Positions 27,401-42,400 of a stretch of DNA of 64,000 bases are shown here, piece after piece. Made by a program: the position numbers and the translations under genes. Source of the DNA: Okamejei kenojei (lineage: Eukaryota); the NCBI GenBank assembly GCA_035221665.1, contig CM069165.1, positions 19,902,001-19,966,000 of the forward strand, in the 5' to 3' direction. Under the pieces are notes generated by a model, which worked only from the letters and a program-made list of their open reading frames with translations, was not told where the DNA came from and did no database searches. The number at the start of each line of letters is the position of its first letter. The first letter of the stretch is position 1.

Positions 27401-30400
27401 AGTGGCAATGGCAGAATCCGCATTGAATACTGCTGAGCACTATGTTTACAATAATACTCCTTTTTTTGCAGGAATTTACATCTACCAAAGAACATTAGAC
27501 CAGATTTCACTGGCTAGTTCTATTGTTCAAAATCCAATCTCCGGTGTTTGATGTTTGAACAACATTGTCCAAAACATCTGCACATGAACTGTCAAACTGC
27601 AACAACCCAGGCTTGCGGACAGACTGTAAATACCATATTTGTCAGTTTACTTTTGGATTCTCTACATGATTACAAAAGCAAATGACTAAAAGGAATATGA
27701 TTTAAAAAGGAACTAAACAGGTCAGTGATAATCTATTGTGTTGTGAATTTGTGGCTTCATGTTGGAAGGTAAATTCATTGATTCCTTGAATGTTCATATT
27801 CAAATTGGACTTCACATTTTTTTTTAATAAAGTTTTTTATGAGCTTGGTCCTGCAATTCCTCATACCTGTGAACTGATCTCCTCTCTGCGTAGCAACCGT
27901 ATTGCCAGCCTCAGAAGACCTACAACGGCTCTTTCAACAAGGAAGCATTGCTCTGTGGCATGAACAGTCAATTGGTACAGATGATCTCTTACAGTTTGCC
28001 AGACACAGGAGACACGATCTCTGTAAGAAAGAAAAGCATCAAATAAAAAAGAATAGAAATCTTTCACACGTGAAGTTGCTTAAGAAATCCACGAAGGCGG
28101 AAGATGAAACATCTGCCCTTCTAGTTTTACCCTTTCTCTGCATTGATGGGACCTAATCATATCTTCCAGAGGAAGCAGTGATGACAAGCATTTCTTCCAA
28201 TTTCATTTACAGTGCTATGGATTCCTCTATATTGGAGAAACCAAAGATAGATTGGATATCTTTTGTGAAGCACATTTCTATTCAGTCCACAAGGATGACT
28301 ATGAACATTCAATTTTCAATCCCATTCCCACGCTGAATTACCACTCTTGGCCTCTTACTGTTGTTCCAATGAAGCCCAATAGAAACTCAAGGAACAATGC
28401 ATTACAGACCTTGGAAGTTAATGCCAAATTCGACAATATCAGCTAATTAGTCTATCCAGATTGTATTGGAACTGGTCAATTCTGAAAGCATCCTTAACCT
28501 GCAATGTTAATACTATATCGCTCATCACAGTTGTTGCCCGACCTGCTGAGTATTTACAAGCATAGCCTGTTTTTATTTCAGATCTTCAGCATCTGTAGAA
28601 TTCTGCTTCTCCACACTGTAGCTCAAAGTTCCTGTATTTTCTTCTCTCACATAGAAAGGTAAAACACCTCTCACATACAAATCCTCCAGAGATCTTCAAA
28701 CCTTTATCACTCTCTCAACTAACAACAACACTTGCATCATACAATGTGAAAGCTGGCCTACAACTGGCCTGCTTGATCTACAACTTTTCACAGTTCTGAC
28801 AGAAAGTCATTGACTGTGGACATTAATTTTGTGGTTCCATCCATGCTGCTTGATCCAATGAACACTGCCTAGATATCTGGCCCATATTCGGCTTCTGCGA
28901 GTGATCAGTTGTTCAACCGTGAGACAGCCTAGACATTTTCTTGTACCTGTTTTCCAGCACAATCCGGAGCAGCATCTCAAGGCAAAAAGCCGCGTCTTCT
29001 TCATCGTAGGTCTCCTCGTCTGGTGTAACAGAAATGAGGGCCTAATGAAATTACAAGTTAAATTAAATTGTTTTCAAGGAAAGATGTCCAAACTAAAGCA
29101 AGCTAGTAAAGTTGGTATAAAAACACCAAAGTAAATCAACATTGCTTTAAGAATTCATCATCAATCTAACAGCTTTTTGATGAAATTGTCAAGTGTGATA
29201 GATTCACGTGGGATAGTTATAGGGCATAAACTGATTAAATAAATTCATATAATGTATTTCGCAGGTTCACAGCCCTCCAAAGAATCTGGGTCTTCCATAA
29301 GTTACTAAAATGACCTGGATTTGCCTCATCACAGCAAAACTTTTAACCAAATAGGAGATCAACAGTTAAACACAATAACTATGGCCACGAGACATGAAAA
29401 TCAATGACAAGAGCATGAGATTTGGATTGTTTACTTTATAATCATCGAACCTTCATCAGCTCTTGAAGAGACTCCAACTGTAGGAATTTGCTCTCAGTAA
29501 TCAGCTTCTCAGGGTCACATTGCTGGAATATTAAAAAAAGTTAAAAGTCATGTCATGACCAATGGGGTTGAGGTAACATCACTGCAGATAATTAAACAAT
29601 ATTTAATCAGTAAATACCCAGATGATAAATCCTAATGGCACTGTCAAATAACATGAATAATCTGAGAAATAATTAAACTAATGGAATTCTCATGAAATTG
29701 GAAGGTAATGATACCATCAAGGCCTCTAGTAAATACCACAACCACGCTGTGCAATTTACATAAAGAAAAAATAAAATTGAAGCCAGGCCAGTTCTCTTTC
29801 AGAATTATCATGGTAAAAGAATGCTAACATACTGTGGAAAGGTGGTCCCTCAAAACCTGAAGAATGGGGAATGGACGTTGAGCTGAAAGATTCTACAGAA
29901 GAACAGCAGCGGAATATCAGGTCATAGTGTTATTGGTGATTTGGATCGCTATTACACAGCTATTGAACTCACAGCCTAATGACATTTATATAATGACATT
30001 TGGGAAATTCCATTTCCAGAATTCAAGTTCATCTTCTTATGATGGCATCACAAGCCAAAATGTACACAGCAAAATTTTACAGTCTGTCATTAATGCAAGT
30101 TAACCATTCATTAGCACAGAACAGTATAGCACAGGAACAGGCCCTTCAGCCCAACATGTCTATGCCAGACATGATGGCGGGTTAAACTAATCTCCTCTGC
30201 CTGCACATGCTCTATATCATTGATAATTTTTTTTTTAATGTAGGCAGCTGCAAGGCCCATTTCAGTTATTTACAGGTATTAATAATGGTACAATCAGAAG
30301 GGAAAGTTATACTCTGACTAGTAAGACAATGAGAAATATTACCAACAAATAGAACAAAAGGAGAACAAAATGGAAAGTCGTAATAGTCTATAAGAATGAA

Positions 30401-33400
30401 AGGAACACTTCTGTGTAGACAATTCTTCTGTGTAAACTAATTTTAGAAAACAATATTTTTCCATTTCCACAACAAATCTTTTCTTAAAGGATAAGTGACT
30501 TTCAATATATAAGTCATAAAAGTCTACCAAATGTTAAACATCTTGCAAAGAGAAAAAAAAAGTACTCTTTCCAGGCAGTTAAGCAGAATTAACTTTAATT
30601 TACCTTAATGCATTCCAGAGCTGCTTGCTTGGCCTCTTCGTTCTCTATAGAGGGTCCCCTTAGACCAGACTGTTCATTGCCACTTAGTGTGAGCCAACTA
30701 ACGAAACTCAGGACTGTGGATTCACCACTGCATTTCAATACAAAACAATTTAGTTCAGCTGCAAATATTTAAAGTCAATATTACACAAAATTATTTAATA
30801 TTGATCGACTGCACCGTTTAAGATGACCAAGTAGAACCATTTTTATTTGTAACAGAATTGGAAGAAATTACTTATTTGAAACTGTCGCTAAAATGCGAGA
30901 CCAGCTTAATGTATGACCCATTCATTCGTTAAATTTCAATAAAGGACATAAGCTACTACATTGCTCCTGACAAGAGGTATAAAGGGCATCAGAGACCCAC
31001 CCCATCCTGGCCACACGCTAATTTCATTCCTGCCATCGGGAAGATGATATGGGAACCTGAAAACTGTAAAACCCAGGTTCAGGAACAGCTTTTTCTCACA
31101 TCAATCAGGCTACTAAACACCACAACGTCCAAATAAGCTCTCAACTACATATACGGGAGCATTGGTTTGTCTTTGTGCACTATTATTGTTCGTTTGTATG
31201 CGTGTGTATATAAAAATATATACTGAACTTTTTGTTTCCATTTAATATATTGGTTAGAGAGTACTATGTTTACATATTTTGTTATTCTGCTGCAAGAAAG
31301 AATTATATTGTCGTGTTTGGGACATATGACAATAAAACACTCTTGACTCTTTTTCTGCCTCTACGGTAATTTATCCTGCCAAATTGTCCCATGGTCCCAG
31401 AGGCATTAAAAATGGGTATACTTTAAAAATAAGATAATTTAGTGAAATCTCAGAGATGTAGGAACAATTGTAAGTGGATGGAGTGAAGATGTGTGTTGTG
31501 ATGAAACTCCTGGTTTATGGCCAGAGTTAGCAAATTTACACTCCAGTAATTATCCAATTATTCTCATCCATTTTGACTTCCAGGCCCCCCATTTATAATT
31601 TCTTGCATTCCCGTTCAGATTCCCAACCCTCATCACCTCATTCACGATGCACTCCTCCTCACAACCCATCTTCCAACAGCATCCCCCAAATTCCATTCTT
31701 CTCTTCCCTTCTGAAAGATGCCCTTTTCTCTGCCAATCCTTCGCCCTTATCCAAGTATATTTTACCCTTCGTAACTTTGATTTGATCTCAATTTCACAAA
31801 AGCAACATCATGGTAAATGAACATGTTTATATTCCACATATTAACAATGCAGTGGTGGTTTCAAATGAATTGTTATTCCAACATCAAAATCCTCAGTCCG
31901 CCATGTAAAGATACATCCTGAGCAGACAACAAACTGCTGAAGCAACTCGATGGGTCAGGCAGCTGCCTGACTCGCTGAGCTCCTCCAGCATTTTTTTTTG
32001 CTCAAGATTCCAACATCTGCTGTCTCTTGTGTCTCTAAATATTAATCCTACCGATTTGAGGGTGTTTCTTCCCGCTGAAGTGAGATTTTCCCATTGGGTT
32101 CCACAAAGTCTTCTACCTGCACAAACAAAGATTCACTTGCTAACAAAACTCCAGAATAATAATTGATCAACTTAGTCTAAATACTTTCAGAACTCAGGTT
32201 AAATAAAGTTATACTCATTTTTTCTTGTTTAAAAGAAATCATGCCTATGTCAAACAGGTGTAATAGCTAGGAAAGTAATACGAGTGGAATATGGAGATAC
32301 TCCAATACAAAATTAATTGTTTTTAAAAAGAAAAAAAACATGGGTATATTGTGTGCTTACCATGCTGGAAATTCGCTTGTTAACAATTTAGTGGACACTA
32401 TTTGTATACCTTGGCTATGCAAGCAAATAATTTCACTGTGACTTGTCACATGTGATCAATTCATTCACTTCCTTGACCTAAGCTATGAACTCTTTCATTT
32501 TTGACAGATACCACCTGACCCGAGTAGTTCCAAGAATCATTGTTGCTACTGCAAATTTCCATAACACAGTATTTTGCTTTTGCCATCGCTCTGATCCTCC
32601 AAGCAAGGACATTAGGATGACTTGCAGTCAATATGGTAAGAAATCATAGCCTATTGACTACAGGTAATGTATTTGAATAAAATTTCAAACTGGCTTTAAA
32701 AATTGATTAGTCGTGACCAGCAGGTGGCAGTATTGCCTCAATATTATCACAAACAGACAACACCACTAATAGGCCTAATTTTATTGGGAGCCTTTCATTA
32801 TTACAGACACTGTTGTTTCCATATCTTTTTTTGAAATAATTAACCAGTAAGGAAATAAATAAACTGAAATTAGTTTATGATTGTTAATACCTCAAGTTGT
32901 ATTTGTAGATTTCACAACCGAGCTTCCTAGGGATTCCTCCACTCGACAAACCCTCTAAAAGCGAAATCCAATACCAAATGTCAAGTGTGGAAATCTACAA
33001 GTCATGGGCAGTTCTACACCTTCACCCTGCGTGGTGCATATATAATGTAGTCAAAGTTCACCTCTCTTTGTCCAATGAAACAATGCACTATTTGTCTTCA
33101 CAAACATTGTTTTATTTTAATAACCTCTTCAAAGTCTCAATGGAACTCACTACTGTTCTGAACTCAGTAATCTCAAGCTCCTCAATTGTAAGGTAAGTTT
33201 GTGACATAAACACTCCAGCTTGGGTTGGGCACAGCCGGATTGAAGGAGGAGAGGGTAGTCTCTAGAACAGTACCAACTCTTCGTAAAAACTTATAGCTTC
33301 AGATGTAGGTTCAGATGTAGGTAGTAATCCAGAATTTATGCCGTGCACAAAGAATTTCTGCCACACCACAAAAATGAAAGAGATGGCTTGTACTCTGTCA

Positions 33401-36400
33401 ATTCATGCTTCAATAATTCTAACTGAAAAGAAAATGCTGACCCAACACTTTCAAATAAATCTGTAATGTCAGTCCAACAGTCAAATTTAACTCGAAAAAA
33501 AAACATGGATTTTTTTTCCCCTCTCCAAGACCATGATTGTCACAGCATGATATTTGAGTGAAACATGAATGGTTTCATGATTCTGATGGGGGAAAAGGAA
33601 GCTGCTCCCATTGAAATCATCAATTATATTCTCATTTCTGACGACATACTTTTCTCTAATCTTTGACTTGTCAAGGTGGAGTAAAAAGAACACAATGTAA
33701 CTACTTAACATTAGGTTAGTGCTCAACAAAATATCACATCACAACAATTTGTTAATAAATCTGAGATTAACATCTAGCTCAGATTTCACCGGAATAATAA
33801 AAGTAGCATTCTGAAGCAGTAATTCATGAAAGTTCAATGCTGGTGCACGAGGCAATGAACAAACAGGAAATCACAAAGAGGTGAAGGGAAACTGATGTAA
33901 CTACAGTTTCAATGCTAATGCCACTCCAAAATAGTTTACATGTATTTTGAATGAACATGCTTTGCTTCCGCCAATCGTCCTGCTCACCAAACATAAATTG
34001 GATTACTGTTCATTGAACATTTCCACTCAAAATGACCACAATCTCCCAGAAGTAAAAAGTTAGATTACTTCAACTCATTCCGAGAACCAGCGTGCCATCC
34101 TTGACTTTATGAAAAGGTAATTAATAAATTTAATGGCAGTGTTAAAAGCTGAAAAGGTACAAAGTTCTAGGCAGCACACCCTGCTGATTGGAGTCAGCCT
34201 GTGGAAAAAAATATTGGAACACAAGTTGAGTAATGGAAGAGAAGAATGTTGACTGGGTGGGGAAAATGGGACAGGTTGGAATTTGTAAAATGAGTGTTTG
34301 GGCTGTTGGAAGAGCAGGAATGAAAATAGAGATACGTTTGCAATGAGCAACTGGCCAATAGTCTTTGATACGTTATTATCAAATGCACCAAGATACAGTG
34401 AAAAACTGTGTTTTATCCAGTCAAGTCAAATCATGCTATGTATGACTACAATCAAGTCCTACACAAGTATGCAGGTACTGCAAAGGGAAAAATACTAGAG
34501 TGCAGAATATAATGTTACAGTATTGCAACATTACAGTCCCAGAGAAAGAAGCCCAATGTCTGCAAATATGTAGGTTGGAAGATCAGGACTACACCCTAAC
34601 TTATGGGAGGATCGTCCAGTACTCTTATGACAGAGGGGAAGTAGTTGTTCCTGAATCTGGTGGTATGTGCTTTCAAGCTTTTGTATCTTCTGCCCGTAGA
34701 GAGAAGAGTGAATGACCGGAGTTAAAAAGGTCCTTAATTATGTTGGCTGCATTCCAGAGGCAGTGTGAAGTGTAGATCAAGAGTGTTTAACTGTCAGATT
34801 TAGTGGATGGTGGGGAACCAGTTATTGAGACAGGTCACTTTATTTTTCTTAGGGATTGGAATGATGCAGGTTTCCATTAAGCAGAAGGTGATTTTGAAAT
34901 TGCACGCCACTGAACTGGCTGTTTTTTTCACCAATATCTTCAATCTCTCGCTTCAACAGTCAACTTTCCCTAGTTGCTTCATAGAAAGTACATCATTCTA
35001 GTCCCCAAGGAAAATGACCTGTCACAATGATTACTGCACAGTAGCTTATTGCAACAGTATCTCAACACTTCTATTGCTCCTCTTTCAATAGCCAAATACT
35101 AATTTTACAAATTTCAACTTGTCTCATTTTTTCCCCACCAGTCAACATTCTTCTCATTCATTACTCATCCTGTGTTGTTCCAATATTTTTTCCACAGGCT
35201 GACTGTAATCACTAGGGTGTGCTACCTAGAACTTTGTACCCTTATAGTTTTTAAACACTGCAATTAAATTTATTAATCACCTTTTCGTAACAATCTACAC
35301 AGCCAACTTCGCCATTTTTTGTTCCCTCCCTCTTTGTGCAGATTAATGCTAAAAATAACATTTTGTTTTCTCCTAGTTATAATTGAATATTTCCAAGGTC
35401 AATTAACAACCTTGGTCAATGCATGGACATTGCATGATGGGCATTGCATGCTTTCAGAGCATTTGCAACAAGAACATTTATTCAACGTATTTAATATATT
35501 TTCCCATACTTGCACGAGTACAAATTTTCAGTAAAATGTTCTGCATTCCACTGGAATGTTTCTTAATATCAAAGGACAATACAGTCAACAAATTTGTTCA
35601 ATGCAAAAAGCATACTTGTGCACCAAGTCTCCTGATAGTTATCCGAATTAGTGTACTTCAGACATCACAAGTTTCATGAGTAAATGCACTGTTCCGACAA
35701 TTAGGGTCTGGATGAACAGGGTTAAGTTTGGAGGGTTTCAAGGACCATAAACTAAAATTAATCTGAATCATGCCCATTTTTCCCCCCCATTATTTTCACA
35801 AGACTGCATGAATAACAAGCCTCTCCTTGAAATGGTATTACCCCATGTTCGTAAAATATTATCGTCTATGTAGTGAAGTTACTCCCACAACAGAGATGAG
35901 GATTTCTACCAACTATCAAGATGTATTTATTCCTTATTATTCCATGGATTAAAAATGTCTTTCCTTCTCAAACAACAAATTTGGCCCTGTCCATCATGTA
36001 CAAGGACTATTAACAGATTCCTTTTTGTCCGAACGTCTGTGCACCATGAAGTTAAGGAACCTAAAGGGGGCAATTTAAGCCATACTGTCTCCCACCAATA
36101 TCATCATCTCATTTTACTATGTGTTGGGATTTATTTTACAAAAAATGTACATGAGCTTGTCTGTCACAATAATGTCTTCATCTTTTTGCTTGGAAAAAAA
36201 TATTTCTTTATTTCATAGAACAACATCACAACGAGCATAAATAGCCATAGGCATTACTGTATTTGTAAAAGTCACCTCACATATTCACCATACTTAACAG
36301 TGGGAAGTAGTTCTGGAGGAAATAATTACCTCTATCATGGCTTTGGGCAAAAGCTCGGCACGGAAAAGTTGCAGCATCGCGTCCATAATGTTCTTCCACC

Positions 36401-39400
36401 CCTCTCTAAGAATGTCGCCATGACGATGTGACAAATTAAACACCGTCTTGGCTGCCAGTTGAGCTTTCGCATTGCTACCAAAAACATTTGGAAGATTCTC
36501 TACCGACTGCAGGAAAAGAGCACAATACAGTTAATTAACAGCAAAGCAGCCCATTGCCAATGGTTGATTTAATTAAAAGGGCCGGGATCAAATTGACACG
36601 GTTAACAACACATGAAAAACTGAAGGAGAAAGATTCAGCTAAAGAAGTTAGTGTAATATATATATATAGTGGGGCAACTAAAACAATGCAGAGAGCAGGA
36701 AAACAAATGAAATGACAGCTAATTGCAAATTTGAACAATGTAGCTTGTGATATAATAAATTGACAAGCAGATTATATATAACGTGGATAAAATACATCTT
36801 GGTGCTATGTCTTTTTGAGATTATACATTATGCAACATCATATTATTTAATAATATTAAATAATGAAAGGGGCAGTGTAAATCTGTTGTTGCCCAAAGTA
36901 TAGATCTTCGTTAAAATCTAAAGATAACACTCGAGACATTTCAAAAATAAAACATAAATGGCAAGGTTTCTTCCCCCTCAAAGCTAGCTGAACTCGCCTT
37001 CCTGTGACAGTGCAAATACTTTCCATAGATCAGAACAAATCTTCTTGCTACCTAAGGATATCCTAAGTTCATGCAATATACCTGTTTTTAACAAAAATTA
37101 AATCTTGGAGGGCAGCGAGAAAAGGAATTGCATTTTAAATGATCTTGCAGTTCACCATGCCTACAGCAGCTCTAGGACCCTTTAAATTCCAGTCGTGCCA
37201 ACGAGAGTGGCGTGTACCCAATATACCGATCCAAGAGATTCAAGATTATATCCCAATGTTATATTGCGACAGATCTATACCAAACAGTATGGAAGCCCTG
37301 GGCCGAGAGGTTGGGTAAATGCTTGGACTCAATAAAAAGGACCTGGCTCAACTAGGTTCCTGATGCAAGACCCCAGGGTCTTCTGCAACCAGGAAGTGGG
37401 TCTCAGGGCAATGCTGAAGGCACTTCCCATGTTCACCACCCGACAGAAGGCTTCTGAAAAATTAATTGGGGCACTGTTGGAGATTTCTAGTCCTCTGTTG
37501 TTTTAAGGGAAAACTGACACCCCACATTGATACCAAACAAGGTTGTTTTCCTTTCAAACACAGAATGTTCCAAACAACACTGAACGGTTTAGAATCCTAT
37601 GTCTAAAAGATGTATGCCATGATATTATACTTCAAGTGGTTCGGAAAATACTCATAAATAATGGACACAATAATTTAATCAACTGCTATTAATCACATGA
37701 GGAATTAAAAGGTTTGAATGGGATGAAATTATAAAAAATATTTTATATTTCTGCAAACAAATTCTTCATTGCAGAATTTATCCCCCCAAAAAAAGCAGAT
37801 TTTATTGAAAAAATGCAAAGACAGTCTCAGGAGTTTTATGAAATAATTAAGTATTACAAAGCACCAACCTCACTGCTAAGAGCTGTAAATTTGCACAGGG
37901 AAATAATAAGATTGTCAAACACATCACTTAGTCCATAATGAGCTGAAATCATGGCGCATTTCCTGCAGAGGAGAAAGGAAAATGATCATTAACATAACAA
38001 CTCAATATTGCTCCAACGATACAAAAGGTTAAAAAGCATTGAGTTATAATTTGATCTTACATTTATTGGTCGATGGTCCTAATAGGGTGTGTGTAATTTC
38101 AAGGAAATACAGGTTTTGACAAATAAATCTGTTACAACTTCAGTGAACAATGTCGATGAGCACAGGTATAAGGATACCCAAATTAACCAGCTTTCTACTT
38201 TCTAAAATTATCAAAGTACTAATTGAAGAAAAACCAATGACTAAGGGGGAAAAAAAAATCAAGAGCTCATCTAAATTCATCCCAATTGTTTTACTTGAGA
38301 GGCATTGATCACCAAAGTCATTCTAAATTATTGAAGATTAACTGCAGCCATGACTTTTAAATAACACCCAACAGAATGGGAATCAACTCAAGTTAAGAAT
38401 AACCACCCAAGGAATCCGACCCACATTAGAAAAAGCAATAAAGTTGATTCGTCAAAGATGCTTCACTTTGTTGAAAATCTTTTTTTAATTTTAATTTTAA
38501 TTTTTTTATTTTGCCAATTTGATTTGTTTAATATTAAACAATAAAATTGACCACTATTATTTAATACACTTCTTACATGTACCTACTTCTGCTCTCTTGT
38601 TCAGCTAGTTTTTTTTAACATTTTAATTTATTAGAGGTAAATACATCAGTGTACATCTCGTAAATATTGTTACAATCATTGTACCCCTTAATTTTAAGGC
38701 TTTTAGTGAAAAATAATAGAAAAAGAGGAAGTGAGGAAAGTGAAGGAGTTGTGAAAGTGAAAAAGCATGCCAAAGGGGAAAAAAAGCCCTTGGTCAAAGA
38801 GTTAGAGAAAGGAGATTAAGAGATAGACCCTAGAAAATAGAACAAAAAAAGGAGAGAAGAAAAAAGGAAAAGCCAGTTACTATATTATAAACATCACGCA
38901 AAAGGAATTTACCAACTCGATAGTTTTTCATCCCCCTTTACCAAGAACTGACGGCGGTACCTTTTTGAGGTACTATTGCACCCTATCCTTGTAGCAAATC
39001 TTCATTTTGATATCGAACACACACAAAAACCCAGGCCATCACTATTCTGCACAGATTTAATTCCAATATGATTACACTCTTAGCACCCATGTTCTATACA
39101 CACCCTTCTGCCAAGCATAAAACTTGTTATCAATCAGAGATCTTTCCTGTACACATTAATATTAAAACATAATTGATTAGCATTTGGTAATATTTTACCT
39201 GAATCCAGATATTGCCTTCTGTATTATTGTTTCATCTAAACTCTTGTCAAAAACATAGGAAAGTGCAGCTATAGTGGGACCCCATGTCATGGTGAATAGG
39301 TCATGATCAAAGCTTCCTGGAGGCACATGGAGGAAGATGCCTTCTGACGAGCTCCCACGATTCAAAAGTACGTTCCATATATAGTTTTCTCTCACAAAAC

Positions 39401-42400
39401 CCGTTTGTTCCTCAGGCATCACAATCTCATCATTCCTAAGGTATAACAATGTTTTTCTTTCAGATATTTCAATTGCAGAGAACTGTTATAACATTTGATT
39501 CTATGAATTTAGTTTGAGTCTCTTTTTCTAATTGACACTTTACCTACAATAGTAAACTTATTTCTTTCTTTAAATATTGCACGAGGAAAACATATTCTGG
39601 TGACAAGTGCATTTTTGATTTTCTGTACTACTAAGTCAGCTTTTGTCAGTAAATTAGGTGTTGCTAACATTTGTGCAGTTCTAAAGAAATCCCCAAACAG
39701 AAATATGTTTTAACATCAAATTTGATCATAAAATCTAGTTTCTGTTAAAATAAAAAAGCTATAATTACAAATGTAACATCTAATTACCACATTGTATGAT
39801 TTTATAACCTTACCATCTCTTTTATAACCTTACCATCCCATTTGTCTTTTATTTTCCATTAGTTAGTATTTTGATCAACAGTAACAAACAAAAGTTAATT
39901 AATAAAGATTAGAAAGATATGATCAAGAAATACGAGTATTCCACCGAATAAGTGCACCATCTGCTGTGATACTGAGTTACAAGATGATAAACCAATTCCT
40001 CGGAATTGCTCACAAGATTTGTTGATAGGGATCCACTTTTTCCTTATAAAGATCACTCCAACATGCCTTTCAGATTTCAGTCTCCAAGATAAATGGACCA
40101 TATGTGCTGGTAAAAATCTGAGAATCCCATACAATAACAATAAATCAACTAATCAGTAGCAATAAGCCAATAACCTTGGTCACCTGTTCATGTACAGCTG
40201 TTTTTGAATTGCTGGCTTTTTTGTTTTTGAATGTTAAAGCTTGTTTCAATGTCAACGTCTTTTACATTTGCAGTTTCCCAAATTCACATAAATGAGTATC
40301 CTGACGAGTAAATTATGCATCTCTCCAAAATAAGAGCAGGTAAATAGAAAGTAATTAATTGAATGCAAAAGTCTTTTGTTTGCTCAGAAAATGTGATCTT
40401 GATTAATAACTGCTTTGTTCTTTCTTTCTAATTACTTTTGGAAATACGAAACGATCCCATAAATCAGATACACTTTCCATTCATCACCTCTTTTTATTTA
40501 AATTGAAGTTTTTTTAACACTGAATCAATGTAAAACTAACTTTAAATAATTAACATCATAATTTCCCATAATAATACAACCAAGAAAAATGTGGAAACTT
40601 TCTGGATCTCAGGCAGTTCGAGCTTAATCTTTGAACTAGCTAACCCACTGTTACTGTGAATTAAAACAACATCTCTAAAGATCTTTTTGGCTCAAATTGG
40701 ATAAACTGGATGTGGAGAAGATGTTTCCACTAGTGGGAGAATCTAGGACTAGAGGTCATAGCCTCAGGATTAAAGGGCATTCCTTTAGGAAGGAGGTGAG
40801 AAGGAATTTCTTTAATCAGAGGGTGGTGAATCTGTGGATTTTTTTTGCCACAGAAGGCTGTGGAGGCCAAGTCAATGGATATTTTTAAGGCAGAGATAGA
40901 TTCTTGATTAGTACACCTGTCAGGGGTTATGGGGAGAAGGCAGGAGAATGGGGTTAGGTTGGAGAGATAGATCAGCCATGATTGAATGGCGGAGTGGACC
41001 TGATGGGCCGAATGGCCTAATTTTGCTCCCATCACTCATGACCTTAAATTCACTGCACATTTTTAAGAGGAAATGTTGTCATTACAAATTTTAACTTTGT
41101 GCCAATATTTAATAGAAGGCATTAATAATGTACCACCCAATAGATATTCCCATGTTTCCTGTGGCAAGTGATACTTGCATGTAGTTTAAAAAATATTACC
41201 ATGAACCAATCTCTGATTAAATATGATCATGCCAACAACAAATCAATGGAAATAAATTACAGGTTGAAACGCTCTCATCTGGGATTCTGTGACTCAATTC
41301 CAATGATCTGGCATGGCTTGAATCTGTAGCACAGATCTATACTAATTAACTAATTCTAAATAATTAATATCCAATATCTAAAATCAACTAAGATCTGTAC
41401 TAATCATTAACCTATCAGTGCAACACTTGAAATCTTAGCCAACAACGCTTCCAACTTATGGAAGCATCGGGTTGTGTATAGTTCTCCCAGTTCTTCCGTG
41501 ACGGGGGAGCATCTGTTCAGAGGAAGATAATCAGAGGACATTTCTGATGTCTGGGTTTTCTGTGATCTGGCACCAGTCTGGTCTCAAGGTTGCCAGATCA
41601 TAGAGTTTCAACCTGAAATTTTGATTAATTAACTCTATTCTGTTGCAATCATTTCCAAAACTTGAATTGCAAATATAGTTTTATAAAATGAAGCGCAGTT
41701 ACTCACTGCCTATAGCTTACTCAATAGATTGTTATTGTTAAAACTAAATATATTAAGGAAACTAAAGCTGACTAGGTGAAATATTGTTGTTAAACAAACT
41801 TACTTTATTCCATTGTAGATGTCTTCTAACATATCTTGGTCAAAATCTTTGGAGCCATTAACTCCTTTCAAATTCTTTTTGAATTGCTACAAAGAGAAAC
41901 ACCACAAAGCAAATTATGATCAATTATGATCAAGAATTTATAGTATGATCGCATAATAATTAACAGTGCCTTGAATCAATAGAGAAAACAAAAGGGTGGA
42001 TGGAAAGTCTAAAATCGCAAATTCACATTGGCATTGAAAATAATCAATCACTATCCTTACTAAAATCATGAGATATAACTACAGTGCTGGTACATATTTT
42101 AACATTCAGTTTATTAAACTGATTTCAGTGAATAGGTCAAGCAGACTATCTGATGAAACACAGTATGATCCATCTAATCTAAAGGGATTTAAAGGTTTAT
42201 TTTACAGTGAACATATAATTACTGTTGACTTTTGCCAAAAGGCTTGTTTCACTTCACGTTTTAAAAGGTTGACTTTGACACATCAGTAACATGTAAAGTT
42301 TCTTCATTCAGAGAGTAATGAACATTTTATTTAATGGCATAATTAATTACATTCCAAAATCAGGACAAACCCTTTCTATCAATATGAAGTTCAGAAGCTA

